Shown here: positions 28,248 to 36,356 of the stretch, one piece after another
Layout of the letters: every line of letters starts with the position of its first letter
Position numbering within the stretch: position 1 is the first letter of the stretch
Source: Bacteroidota bacterium
Lineage (GTDB): Bacteria > Bacteroidota > Bacteroidia > 2-12-FULL-35-15
Assembly: GCA_947504725.1 (NCBI GenBank)
Contig: CANNHN010000004.1
Location: 135,203-199,202, forward strand
Length of the DNA stretch: 64,000 nucleotides
Direction: 5' to 3'
Made by a program: the position numbers and the translations under genes
The notes under the pieces: generated by a model
The model's input: the letters and a program-made list of their open reading frames with translations, nothing else
Database searches by the model: none
What the model was told of the DNA's origin: nothing

Positions 28248-29858
28248 ATGGCTGAAGTAGTACGAATGCCCAAATTAAGTGATACCATGACAGATGGTGT
28301 TGTAGCGAAGTGGCATAAAAAAGTAGGCGACAAAGTAAAATCGGGTGAATTGCTTGCTGATATCGAAACGGATAAAGCAACCATGGAATTTGAATCTTTT
28401 CAAACAGGCGTTTTATTGCACATTGGAGTTCAAGAAGGAAAAGGTGCACCCGTTGAATCTATACTTGCAATTTTAGGAAAAGAAGGCGAAGATATAACCG
28501 CTTTATTGGCTGGTGAAGCAAGTAAGTCGACAGAGGCGAAAGAAGAAGTAAAAGCAGAATCTAAAAAAGTTGACACTTCGACTCCGCTCAGTGTGACAAA
28601 AGCGGTAGAAGTAAAAATTCCAGAAACAGTTCAGATAGTTCGTATGCCTCAGTTGAGTGATACAATGACAGAAGGTGTTGTTGCGAAGTGGCATAAAAAA
28701 GTAGGAGATTCCGTGAAGTCAGGTGAATTGCTTGCTGATATAGAAACAGATAAAGCTACAATGGAATTTGAATCGTTCCAAAGCGGAGTGATTTTATACA
28801 TTGGTGTTCAACAAGGTGGTCGTGCTCCTGTTGAATCAATACTTGCAATTTTAGGAAAGGGTGGAGAAGATGTGACAGCGATTGTTGAAGCGGAGAAAAA
28901 TAAAACTGCATCGCCCGTTGCTGAAGAAGTAAAACAGGTTGTTGCTGAAAAATTAACAACTACGGTTGCTGCAAAAACAACAGTTAAACAAACAGTTGTA
29001 TCAAACGGAGAACGCACAAAAATATCTCCTTTAGCAAAAAAATTAGCAGAAGATAAAGGAATTAGTGTTGCAGCTTTAAAAGGCAGTGGCGACAATGGTC
29101 GTATCATCAAGCGCGATATTGATAACTTTAATTCCAATGGTGCGATGTCAACTTTTGTTGGCGTAGAAAGTTTCACAGAAGAACCAGTTTCGCAAATGCG
29201 TAAAGTAATTGCAAAACGTTTGGGTGAAAGTAAATTTACTGCTCCACATTTCTATTTAACAATGGAAATTGATATGGACGAAGCAATAAAAGCACGTGAG
29301 GCAATTAATACAGTTGCTGGATTAAAAATCTCCTTTAACGATATCGTAATAAAAGCGGTTGCTGCTAGTTTGCGCAAACATCCAAAAGTAAATTCATCTT
29401 GGTTAGGAGATAAGATTCGTTACAACAATCATATTCATATTGGTGTTGCTATTGCAGTAGAAGAAGGATTGTTAGTTCCTGTTGTTCGTTTTGCGGATGG
29501 TAAAACATTGACACAAATTGGAACTGAAGTTCGTAACTATGCTGTGAAAGCACGTGAGAAAAAATTACAACCAAGCGATTGGGAAGGAAATACATTTACC
29601 ATTTCTAATTTAGGAATGTTTGGTATAGAACAATTTACTGCAATTATAAATACTCCTGATTCTTGTATTCTCGCTGTTGGCGGAATCAAACAAACACCTG
29701 TTGTAAAAAACGGACTAGTTGTTCCAGGCAATGTTATGAAAGTAACTTTATCTTGTGATCACCGAACAGTTGATGGAGCAGTAGGTTCTGCATTCTTGCA
29801 AACATTAAAACACAATTTGGAAAATCCTGTGTTGATGTTGGGTGCTAGTGCGATATAG
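28248..29858 (+). CDS. pdhC: Dihydrolipoyllysine-residue acetyltransferase (E2) with two tandem lipoyl domains
   Basis: Two ETDKATMEFESF lipoyl motifs, an E3-binding region (ISPLAKKLAEDKGI..) and the catalytic DHRTVDGA motif. Confidence 0.85.
   Translation: MAEVVRMPKLSDTMTDGVVAKWHKKVGDKVKSGELLADIETDKATMEFESFQTGVLLHIGVQEGKGAPVESILAILGKEGEDITALLAGEASKSTEAKEEVKAESKKVDTSTPLSVTKAVEVKIPETVQIVRMPQLSDTMTEGVVAKWHKKVGDSVKSGELLADIETDKATMEFESFQSGVILYIGVQQGGRAPVESILAILGKGGEDVTAIVEAEKNKTASPVAEEVKQVVAEKLTTTVAAKTTVKQTVVSNGERTKISPLAKKLAEDKGISVAALKGSGDNGRIIKRDIDNFNSNGAMSTFVGVESFTEEPVSQMRKVIAKRLGESKFTAPHFYLTMEIDMDEAIKAREAINTVAGLKISFNDIVIKAVAASLRKHPKVNSSWLGDKIRYNNHIHIGVAIAVEEGLLVPVVRFADGKTLTQIGTEVRNYAVKAREKKLQPSDWEGNTFTISNLGMFGIEQFTAIINTPDSCILAVGGIKQTPVVKNGLVVPGNVMKVTLSCDHRTVDGAVGSAFLQTLKHNLENPVLMLGASAI
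28259..28496 (+). repeat. Lipoyl-domain coding repeat, copy 1 (copy 2 at 28638..28875, approximately 85% nt identity)
   Basis: Direct nucleotide-level tandem duplication within the E2 CDS. Confidence 0.7.
28576..28598 (+). repeat. Exact 23-nt copy of the REP-like subfamily B arm (cttcgactccgctcagtgtgaca) embedded in the pdhC inter-lipoyl linker
   Basis: Identical to the reverse complement of 15767..15789. It encodes ..TSTPLSVTK.. in the flexible linker. Confidence 0.7.
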
Positions 29859-29896
29859 TTCACCACAGATTACACAGATTGTCACAGATAATATTA

Positions 29897-29924
29897 AACG
29901 TCAGCTTTGCTGACGTTTTTTTGT
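29897..29924 (+). terminator. Rho-independent terminator after pdhC (aacgtcagc ttt gctgacgtt + T7)
   Basis: 9-bp perfect stem followed by a T-run, 39 bp after the stop. Confidence 0.7.
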
Positions 29925-30019
29925 TTGGAATGTTTTGTATATTAGTGAAAATATCTATTAATCAATTTATTGTGAGCGCGAAAAAAGAAACAAACTTATC
30001 TATCGGTTATTTTGGAGGC

Positions 30020-31096
30020 ATGGATGTCCTGCGCTTTATTTGTGCAACGGGTGTAATCTTTCATCACGCAACACTTACACTTAAAGATAAGGGCGTTGCT
30101 ACTCATGCCGAATCGATTCATCGTTTTTCTGGCTCATTTTTTTTGGATGTTTTTTTTATCATTAGTGGCTTTTTGATTTCTCTTATTTTGATGAAGGAAT
30201 ATGAAACGGGTACCTTTTCTTTGAAAAATTTTTTCATGAGAAGGATAATCAGGATTTGGCCTTTATACTTTCTTGCTGTAATTGTTAGAATTTGGTTGAT
30301 TCCATCAATTAATGGAATGTCACCCACTATGATTAAAGAAAATTTACTCTATGCTTGCACCTTTAGCATTAACTTCCAATTGCTCTTTAATGAAGTTGTA
30401 AAAACGTATACCATTTTATGGTCTATTTGTATTGAAGAGCATATTTATCTTCTTCTTCCGTTTTTGCTACTGCTCTTTAAACATAAGTTTCGTTCTGTAT
30501 CCTATTTTTTAATTGCAACTGGATTTATTTCGTGGCTTTACTTTATAGGTGTTCCATCTAAAGGGAATTATTCAAGTGCCTATTTTGTTAGCTCAAGTTA
30601 TTTTTATTATTTTGGAATAGGCATGTTGCTAGCCTGTATTCAAAATGGAAAGTTTCCGGGAAAAAAATTAGAACAAACAATCTTTAAGCCTGTTACGCAA
30701 GCAATTGTTTTTTTAATATTTTTTGGATTTGTTTTTAACGGCTGGGGAAGTCATAGAACGTTGGTTTCAACACTTATAATAACAGGACTTTTTGGAGGTT
30801 ATCTTGTTTGGGCTTCTACGCAAGAGAGTTTTCTTTTTAAATTGAAACCGAAGTTGTCTAGGTACATGGGAAATATTTCATACGCAATGTATGTAACTCA
30901 TATAATTACTATCGGATTAGCAATAGCCTTTTTTAAAAAGAAAGAGATTCATTTTAGTGAAGCAGCATTTGGTTGGGGATTACCAATTTTAGCAACCGTT
31001 TTATGTATGGTGCTTTCTACAATTCTATATTATGCTTTTGAAAGACCGATTCTGAAATTGAAAAAGAAATTTACTACGGTTAAGAATAAGGAATAA
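30020..31096 (+). CDS. Acyltransferase family 3 (OafA-like) membrane protein
   Basis: Polytopic membrane protein with the N-terminus MDVLRFICATGVIFHH typical of the family. I placed the start after the terminator, so the ORF-track TTG at 29879 is rejected. Confidence 0.6.
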   Translation: MDVLRFICATGVIFHHATLTLKDKGVATHAESIHRFSGSFFLDVFFIISGFLISLILMKEYETGTFSLKNFFMRRIIRIWPLYFLAVIVRIWLIPSINGMSPTMIKENLLYACTFSINFQLLFNEVVKTYTILWSICIEEHIYLLLPFLLLLFKHKFRSVSYFLIATGFISWLYFIGVPSKGNYSSAYFVSSSYFYYFGIGMLLACIQNGKFPGKKLEQTIFKPVTQAIVFLIFFGFVFNGWGSHRTLVSTLIITGLFGGYLVWASTQESFLFKLKPKLSRYMGNISYAMYVTHIITIGLAIAFFKKKEIHFSEAAFGWGLPILATVLCMVLSTILYYAFERPILKLKKKFTTVKNKE

Positions 31097-31151
31097 TTTG
31101 TCAGTCACAAACTCCATAAGAAAAGTAATAACAGCATCCTCAGTCGGGACA

Positions 31152-32579
31152 ATGATTGAGTGGTACGATTTTTATATTTTCGGAAGTTTGGCTCCAATTA
31201 TTGCCACACAATTTTTTCCAAAAGAAAATCCTACTGCAGCTTTTTTGGCAACGCTTGCTGCTTTCGGAGTAGGATTTGTGATTCGTCCGTTTGGTGCAAT
31301 TGTCTTTGGAAGGTTAGGAGATATTGTCGGAAGAAAATATACTTTTTTGTTGACCTTGCTTATTATGGGTGGTGCAACATTTGCAATTGGATTAATTCCT
31401 AATTATGAAACGATAGGAATTCTTGCACCTATTCTCGTTTTTGTTTTACGTGCACTGCAAGGACTTGCACTTGGAGGTGAGTATGGCGGAGCAGCTATTT
31501 ATGTTGCGGAGCATGCGCCCGAAGGAAAGAAAGGATATTATACCAGTTTCATTCAAACCACGGCTACATTTGGTTTGTTTATTTCCCTTGCTGTTATTCT
31601 TACTTGTAAATCATTTATGAGTGCAGATGATTTCAGCACTTGGGGTTGGAGAATTCCTTTTTTGGTTTCCATTATTTTAGTTGTTATTTCTTATTACATC
31701 CGTACAAAGATGGAAGAGTCGCCTGTGTTCAAGGAATTGAAAGCCGCAGGTAAAACATCTAAAAATCCATTGAAAGAAAGTTTTGGTAAATGGAAGAATC
31801 TGAAATTGGTTTTGATTGCATTGTTTGGTGCAACTGCTGGTCAAGGTGTGGTTTGGTACACAGGTCAATTTTATGCAATGAACTTTTGTATTAAAAATTT
31901 AAATATTGAAGCAGCACAAATCCAGTGGATGTTGATTCCTGTTTTATTAATTGGAACTCCTTTATTTATTGTGTTTGCTAGATTATCAGATAAGTATGGA
32001 AGAAAGTGGATTATGTTAACGGGAATGGGATTGGCAGCCTGTTTATACATGCCGATTTATCATGGGATGGCAAAGCAGGCGGATTATGAAAATTGGACTC
32101 GCGTAGTAAATGATACTTTAATGTCAGAGGTGAAAGTAGATTCTGTTTCACAGATTCAAACCGTTACAAGTTATCTCAGTTATACAAATGGTGCGAGAAG
32201 AATTGAGAAACTTGAGTATTCTTTAAAACAAACAAACAATAAAGTTGCAAAGATGACAAGTACGAATCATTTGCCAGCAAAAAACATTTTTATAATCGGG
32301 CTTCTAATTTTTCTCCAATTAGTTTTCGTTTGTATGGCATATGGACCAATAGCCGCATTCTTAGTAGAATTATTTCCGCCCGAAATTAGATATACTTCTT
32401 TATCTCTTCCTTATCATATAGGGAATGGTGTGTTTGGAGGATTAACTCCTTTGATTGCAGAATCGCTTGTAGTTACAACAGGTAATATCTTTTCAGGATT
32501 ATGGTATCCAATTATTATTGCAGGAACAACGTTTGTGTTAGGAACATTTTTAATTAAGGAGAATAGGCGGTTAAATTAA
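31152..32579 (+). CDS. MFS transporter, metabolite:H+ symporter (MHS/ProP-like) family
   Basis: Motifs W.DF..F ... GRLGDIVGRK, 12 TM helices and a long central loop. I chose the ATG at 31152 over the TTG at 31098. Confidence 0.7.
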   Translation: MIEWYDFYIFGSLAPIIATQFFPKENPTAAFLATLAAFGVGFVIRPFGAIVFGRLGDIVGRKYTFLLTLLIMGGATFAIGLIPNYETIGILAPILVFVLRALQGLALGGEYGGAAIYVAEHAPEGKKGYYTSFIQTTATFGLFISLAVILTCKSFMSADDFSTWGWRIPFLVSIILVVISYYIRTKMEESPVFKELKAAGKTSKNPLKESFGKWKNLKLVLIALFGATAGQGVVWYTGQFYAMNFCIKNLNIEAAQIQWMLIPVLLIGTPLFIVFARLSDKYGRKWIMLTGMGLAACLYMPIYHGMAKQADYENWTRVVNDTLMSEVKVDSVSQIQTVTSYLSYTNGARRIEKLEYSLKQTNNKVAKMTSTNHLPAKNIFIIGLLIFLQLVFVCMAYGPIAAFLVELFPPEIRYTSLSLPYHIGNGVFGGLTPLIAESLVVTTGNIFSGLWYPIIIAGTTFVLGTFLIKENRRLN

Positions 32580-32607
32580 CATGCTCTTCTCAATTAGCAA
32601 GATTTCT

Positions 32608-32628
32608 CGGCTTCGCTCGAAATGACAA
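32608..32628. repeat. Solo arm of REP-like repeat subfamily B (tcggcttcgctcgaaatgaca)
   Basis: Matches ctcgactccgctcgaaatgac. It lies in the 55-bp gap between the convergent MFS gene and the 619-aa gene. Confidence 0.5.
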
Positions 32629-32634
32629 GTATGG

Positions 32635-34494
32635 CTAATTCTTAACAAATTTCTGAGTCAAAACTTCTTTTGTTGCGGATGTTATTTTCAAAAAATAAAT
32701 TCCATTCGCTAAAGGTGTTGTCGAGAAACTAAAATTATTTTTTCCTGCTTTTACTTTGTCTTGCAACAAAACTTTTACCAGTTTACCAGTTACATCTACT
32801 ACTTCAAATTTCAAGATATCCGATTTTTCAATGGTGATGGAAACATGCATTAATTCGCTTGTAGGATTTGGATAAATTGATACTTCATTTACTGAAGTAT
32901 TTGTTTGTTCGTTAACTCCTGCTAATGAACTCAAAGATAATTCTCCAATCCAAGTTGTGTTTTTCTTAGAAGCATTTGCCCACATTCCGTTTACCCAAAC
33001 CCTTCCTGGTTGATTGTATTTTCTTTGTGAGCCTGAATAGTCTCCCCAACGTTCGTTGCCAGTTAATACACTAAAGTAGCTTAGGCCAGCTTTAATAGTA
33101 GTCATAGGTGAGTAATTTCCCAAGCCGTCAGAAGTAAGTGCTGAAACTCCAGGAAAAACTGTTTGTGCAGTATGGTCAAAATTTATTATTGATGTGTGAT
33201 CAGTTGTTCCACTTCCTGCATAAGAAATATTTGGGTACCCGATTTCAAGTAAGGTATCAGAAATAATGTTTGCAGTTAAATAAGGAGTTGTACTAATATC
33301 ATTTATAATTCCATGATACACGGCACAATTTCCAGTAGCTGTATCTAAACAGTTGCTTACGAATTGAATTTTATCATTCTCAATAAATGCACCTAATATT
33401 CTGGAATCATTTGTTTCTAAAAGTTGAACTCCAGGTCCAGGTTGTAGTGCTGCCGGTGCCATAAAATAGGTGACTGGAGAAATGAGTGGAGTAACTGTAA
33501 TTGTTTGTCCTGGTGCTCCAAGTGTATCGTTGATATTTACTATAAAAATGGTATCATTTTGCGGATCCAAATTTCTATTCGAAAGAAAATTCATTTCTGG
33601 TCCGTACGTATCAATTCCACCTTTAACTGGACAAAGATTTCTAACTGGTTTTCCAACACAGGTAATATTATTATGTACCATTGCTTGAATTGAACTTCCA
33701 GAATAACCACTGTTTTTGTTTACCTGCCAAATAATCGTTTCATTAAACCCTGTTTGCCAACTTGAATCAGGATAAAGTAAATTACCAGTTATAAAAACTT
33801 CTTGGTCTGTCATTGCTAACATTGGATAGTCGGTCCATAAACCATTACTAAAAGGATTTCCAGGAAGTTCATACATGTTCCAAGAGCCATTTGGATCGTT
33901 GGATGTAGAAAATGCAACAGTAATACTACTCGTTAAATCAGTAAATCCATTTAAAAAAACAAGTATGAATTTATCTTGAATAGGATCGTAAATTACTTTT
34001 GGATCGTATTTAATATTCGGATTTGCTAGTACACTTGCAAAAGACCCTAAAGAAATATATCCTAAAGATGTAGCAGTATTTATATCATATTTAAAAACAG
34101 TAGAATTTTGTACGGATACAATTTTGTTTCCGTCAGAAATTGCAATGTCATTATCATTCGGAACGCTGCTGTTGTACAAATTTCCTTGCAAGTTTTGTCC
34201 AAGAAAAGGTGCAGGAGGAGCAGGCATTTTGCTTTTCTGGTTTAAAGCAGTATGTTTTTTAGGATATACAAGTGACATGCTATCTTTTATAGCTTTCAAT
34301 TTTTGTTTTTCGCCATTTCCTCCTGGAGAAGGCATTTCAATATTTTGAACAACTGGATTCCAGTCTTCTTTAATATCCGCAACATTTACCGTTGCAGCTT
34401 TTTGAATTGTAAATTTCGTTGACTTTGTTTGAGCATTTACATTAATTGTAAATAGAGTAGATAAACAAAGAAGGATAATTTTTATTTTTTTCAT
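32635..34494 (-). CDS. Secreted protein with T9SS C-terminal sorting domain (function unknown)
   Basis: Signal peptide. The last approximately 85 aa (VSIYPNPTSELMHVSI...GIYFLKITS) look like a T9SS CTD. Confidence 0.55.
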   Translation of the reverse strand: MKKIKIILLCLSTLFTINVNAQTKSTKFTIQKAATVNVADIKEDWNPVVQNIEMPSPGGNGEKQKLKAIKDSMSLVYPKKHTALNQKSKMPAPPAPFLGQNLQGNLYNSSVPNDNDIAISDGNKIVSVQNSTVFKYDINTATSLGYISLGSFASVLANPNIKYDPKVIYDPIQDKFILVFLNGFTDLTSSITVAFSTSNDPNGSWNMYELPGNPFSNGLWTDYPMLAMTDQEVFITGNLLYPDSSWQTGFNETIIWQVNKNSGYSGSSIQAMVHNNITCVGKPVRNLCPVKGGIDTYGPEMNFLSNRNLDPQNDTIFIVNINDTLGAPGQTITVTPLISPVTYFMAPAALQPGPGVQLLETNDSRILGAFIENDKIQFVSNCLDTATGNCAVYHGIINDISTTPYLTANIISDTLLEIGYPNISYAGSGTTDHTSIINFDHTAQTVFPGVSALTSDGLGNYSPMTTIKAGLSYFSVLTGNERWGDYSGSQRKYNQPGRVWVNGMWANASKKNTTWIGELSLSSLAGVNEQTNTSVNEVSIYPNPTSELMHVSITIEKSDILKFEVVDVTGKLVKVLLQDKVKAGKNNFSFSTTPLANGIYFLKITSATKEVLTQKFVKN

Positions 34495-34548
34495 GACAAT
34501 GAGATTGTAAGAATCAAATTTAATGAAAAAAAGGCGAAAAAGGAACTT

Positions 34549-35709
34549 TTAGTTGTTATTCAAATGTTGGGCTAAACAATAACCCATGCTAAAGCATCCT
34601 TGCAGTAAATAACCGCCTGTGGGCGCATCCCAGTCGAGCATTTCACCAATACAATAATTGTTTGGAATTTTTTTTAGTTGAAAGTTAGCGTCTACTTCAT
34701 TCAAAGAAATTCCTCCAACTGTAGAAATGGCTTCATCAATTGGTGCTGCAGAAGTAATTGTAATTGGAAGGTTTTTAATATTTTTAGCTAGATCTTCTAA
34801 GTAAGTAAAATCATCTTTACTTAAAAGTGTTTTCAAAAGTTCAATTTGTGTATCATCAAAATTTAATCGATCTATTAATAATTTTTTGATGGAGCGATTT
34901 CCTCTTGCAGAAAATTTATCTCTAATCTGTTCCAATGATAAGGACGGTTTTAAATCTAAATAAACAGTAGCAAAATCATCATCATTCAAATGGCTTCTTA
35001 TTTTTGGACTCAAGGCATAAATGGCTCCGCCTTCTAATCCGAATTTTGTAATCACCAATTCACCCTTGCGTTCTTTCGCATCGCATTTGATAGCAATGTT
35101 TTTTAATGTTTTTCCTTCAGCAAGACTTTTAAATTCTTCTTTCCATTTTACTTCATAAGCACAATTAGAAGCTTGAAATGGAAGAACTTCAATTCCTTTT
35201 TCAGAAAAATAATTTGTCCATGAACCATCAGAGCCCGTTACTTTCCAGCTAGAGCCACCGAGTGCATATATTGTGATGTCAGCCTTGAAACTCGAATCTT
35301 CAAATCCTTGCCAAGTGTGATTTGTTTTAATCACAACATTTTTTCTTTTTAATTCAGTTAGAATGGCATTTAATACATCGATGGGTTTTATTCCTTCAAT
35401 TGGAAACACTCTTTTACTACTTCCAACAAATGTTTCTATCCCTATTTTTGAGAACCATTCACGAAGATTTTCGTTAGTAAAAGAGGAAATGCTATTTTTT
35501 AAAAAATCACTTGGAGTATATCTAGATATGAATTTTTCTAGTTCTTCTGAATGTGTTAAATTGAAACCTCCATCACCTGCAACAAGGAATTTTCTGCCAA
35601 CTGCTGCATTTCGTTCATATATAGTAACGTCAAATTTGTTTTCGTCCAATTGAGCCGCAAGCATTAACGCAGCTGAACCTCCTCCTATAATAGCAATCGA
35701 TTTTTTCAT
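34549..35709 (-). CDS. NAD(P)/FAD-dependent oxidoreductase, HI0933/BaiN-like flavoprotein
   Basis: N-terminal Rossmann motif IAIIGGGSAALMLAAQL. 386 aa. Confidence 0.65.
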   Translation of the reverse strand: MKKSIAIIGGGSAALMLAAQLDENKFDVTIYERNAAVGRKFLVAGDGGFNLTHSEELEKFISRYTPSDFLKNSISSFTNENLREWFSKIGIETFVGSSKRVFPIEGIKPIDVLNAILTELKRKNVVIKTNHTWQGFEDSSFKADITIYALGGSSWKVTGSDGSWTNYFSEKGIEVLPFQASNCAYEVKWKEEFKSLAEGKTLKNIAIKCDAKERKGELVITKFGLEGGAIYALSPKIRSHLNDDDFATVYLDLKPSLSLEQIRDKFSARGNRSIKKLLIDRLNFDDTQIELLKTLLSKDDFTYLEDLAKNIKNLPITITSAAPIDEAISTVGGISLNEVDANFQLKKIPNNYCIGEMLDWDAPTGGYLLQGCFSMGYCLAQHLNNN

Positions 35710-35854
35710 TTACTCAAAAGTACTTATAAAAACTCGTATCATTAGCTCAAATACGAATTTAAAGTCCTTCCCCTTCTTTAAGGAGAAGGATTTAGGATGA
35801 GGCATTAAACCTTTTAAATTTTACTTTGTCATACCGCCAAATAATATAAAAACC

Positions 35855-36259
35855 ATGAAAAAACTAATCTTAATTTTATTTGCTGTTGCGATAGCGTCAG
35901 TAAATAGTAGCGCGCAAGAACCTGTAAAAAAAACTCCGCCACCACAAAAATCGCCTGCAGAACGTGCAGAGAACATGACGAAGCGTTTGACAAAGGAATT
36001 GAATCTAAGTGCTGAGCAACAAGTAAAAGTGAAAGCCATTATTTTGAAACGAGAGCAGGATAGACTGGAAGCCTCAAAGGATCTAAAGGAAGGTAATGGA
36101 AAAGCTAAAGAAGAATTAAAAACTGTATTTACTCCGGAACAATTTCAAAAATTTGAAGCCAAGGAAGCAGAAATGAAAAAGAAAAGGGAAGAAAAAAGAA
36201 AAAATTCTCCTCCGCCTACTAAAAATGCTCCCCAACCACCTGCTCCGGTAGAAAAATAA
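35855..36259 (+). CDS. Small secreted Lys/Glu-rich protein (DUF4890/Spy-like)
   Basis: Signal peptide, the motif LTKELNLSAEQQ.KVKAI and a helical charged C-terminus. 134 aa. Confidence 0.45.
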   Translation: MKKLILILFAVAIASVNSSAQEPVKKTPPPQKSPAERAENMTKRLTKELNLSAEQQVKVKAIILKREQDRLEASKDLKEGNGKAKEELKTVFTPEQFQKFEAKEAEMKKKREEKRKNSPPPTKNAPQPPAPVEK

Positions 36260-36278
36260 CTGTTGGCAATAAAAATTT

Positions 36279-36327
36279 CTTGACTTCGTTCGAAATGACA
36301 GTCCGTTGGCATTTCGAACGAAGTCGA
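36279..36327. repeat. REP-like hairpin, subfamily B variant (cttgacttcgttcgaaatg / catttcgaacgaagtcgag)
   Basis: Perfect 13-bp core inverted repeat between the DUF4890-like gene and recG. No T-tract follows it. Confidence 0.65.
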
Positions 36328-36356
36328 GAAATAATTTAGTAAATTCGCATAGAAAT

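Noticed and set aside
28808-29176. 122-aa and other antisense ORFs inside pdhC (also 28503-28694, 28756-28959, 29537-29731)
   Set aside because: They are embedded in a well-supported E2 gene on the opposite strand, and their composition is low-complexity.
36279-36327. Hairpins at 36279-36327 and 15737-15789 considered as canonical rho-independent terminators
   Set aside because: No T-tract follows the stem. They belong to a dispersed repeat family, so they are called REP-like repeats. They may still affect transcript 3' ends.
36306-36356. TTG/GTG-initiated N-terminal extensions in the ORF track (recG 36306, MFS 31098, porU 10475, PorP 10302, acyltransferase 29879, mutS-family 44247, POTRA barrel 48610, ubiD-family 59666)
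   Set aside because: The extensions run through repeat hairpins or terminators, or precede an obvious signal peptide or conserved N-terminus that starts at a downstream ATG. I used the ATG starts.
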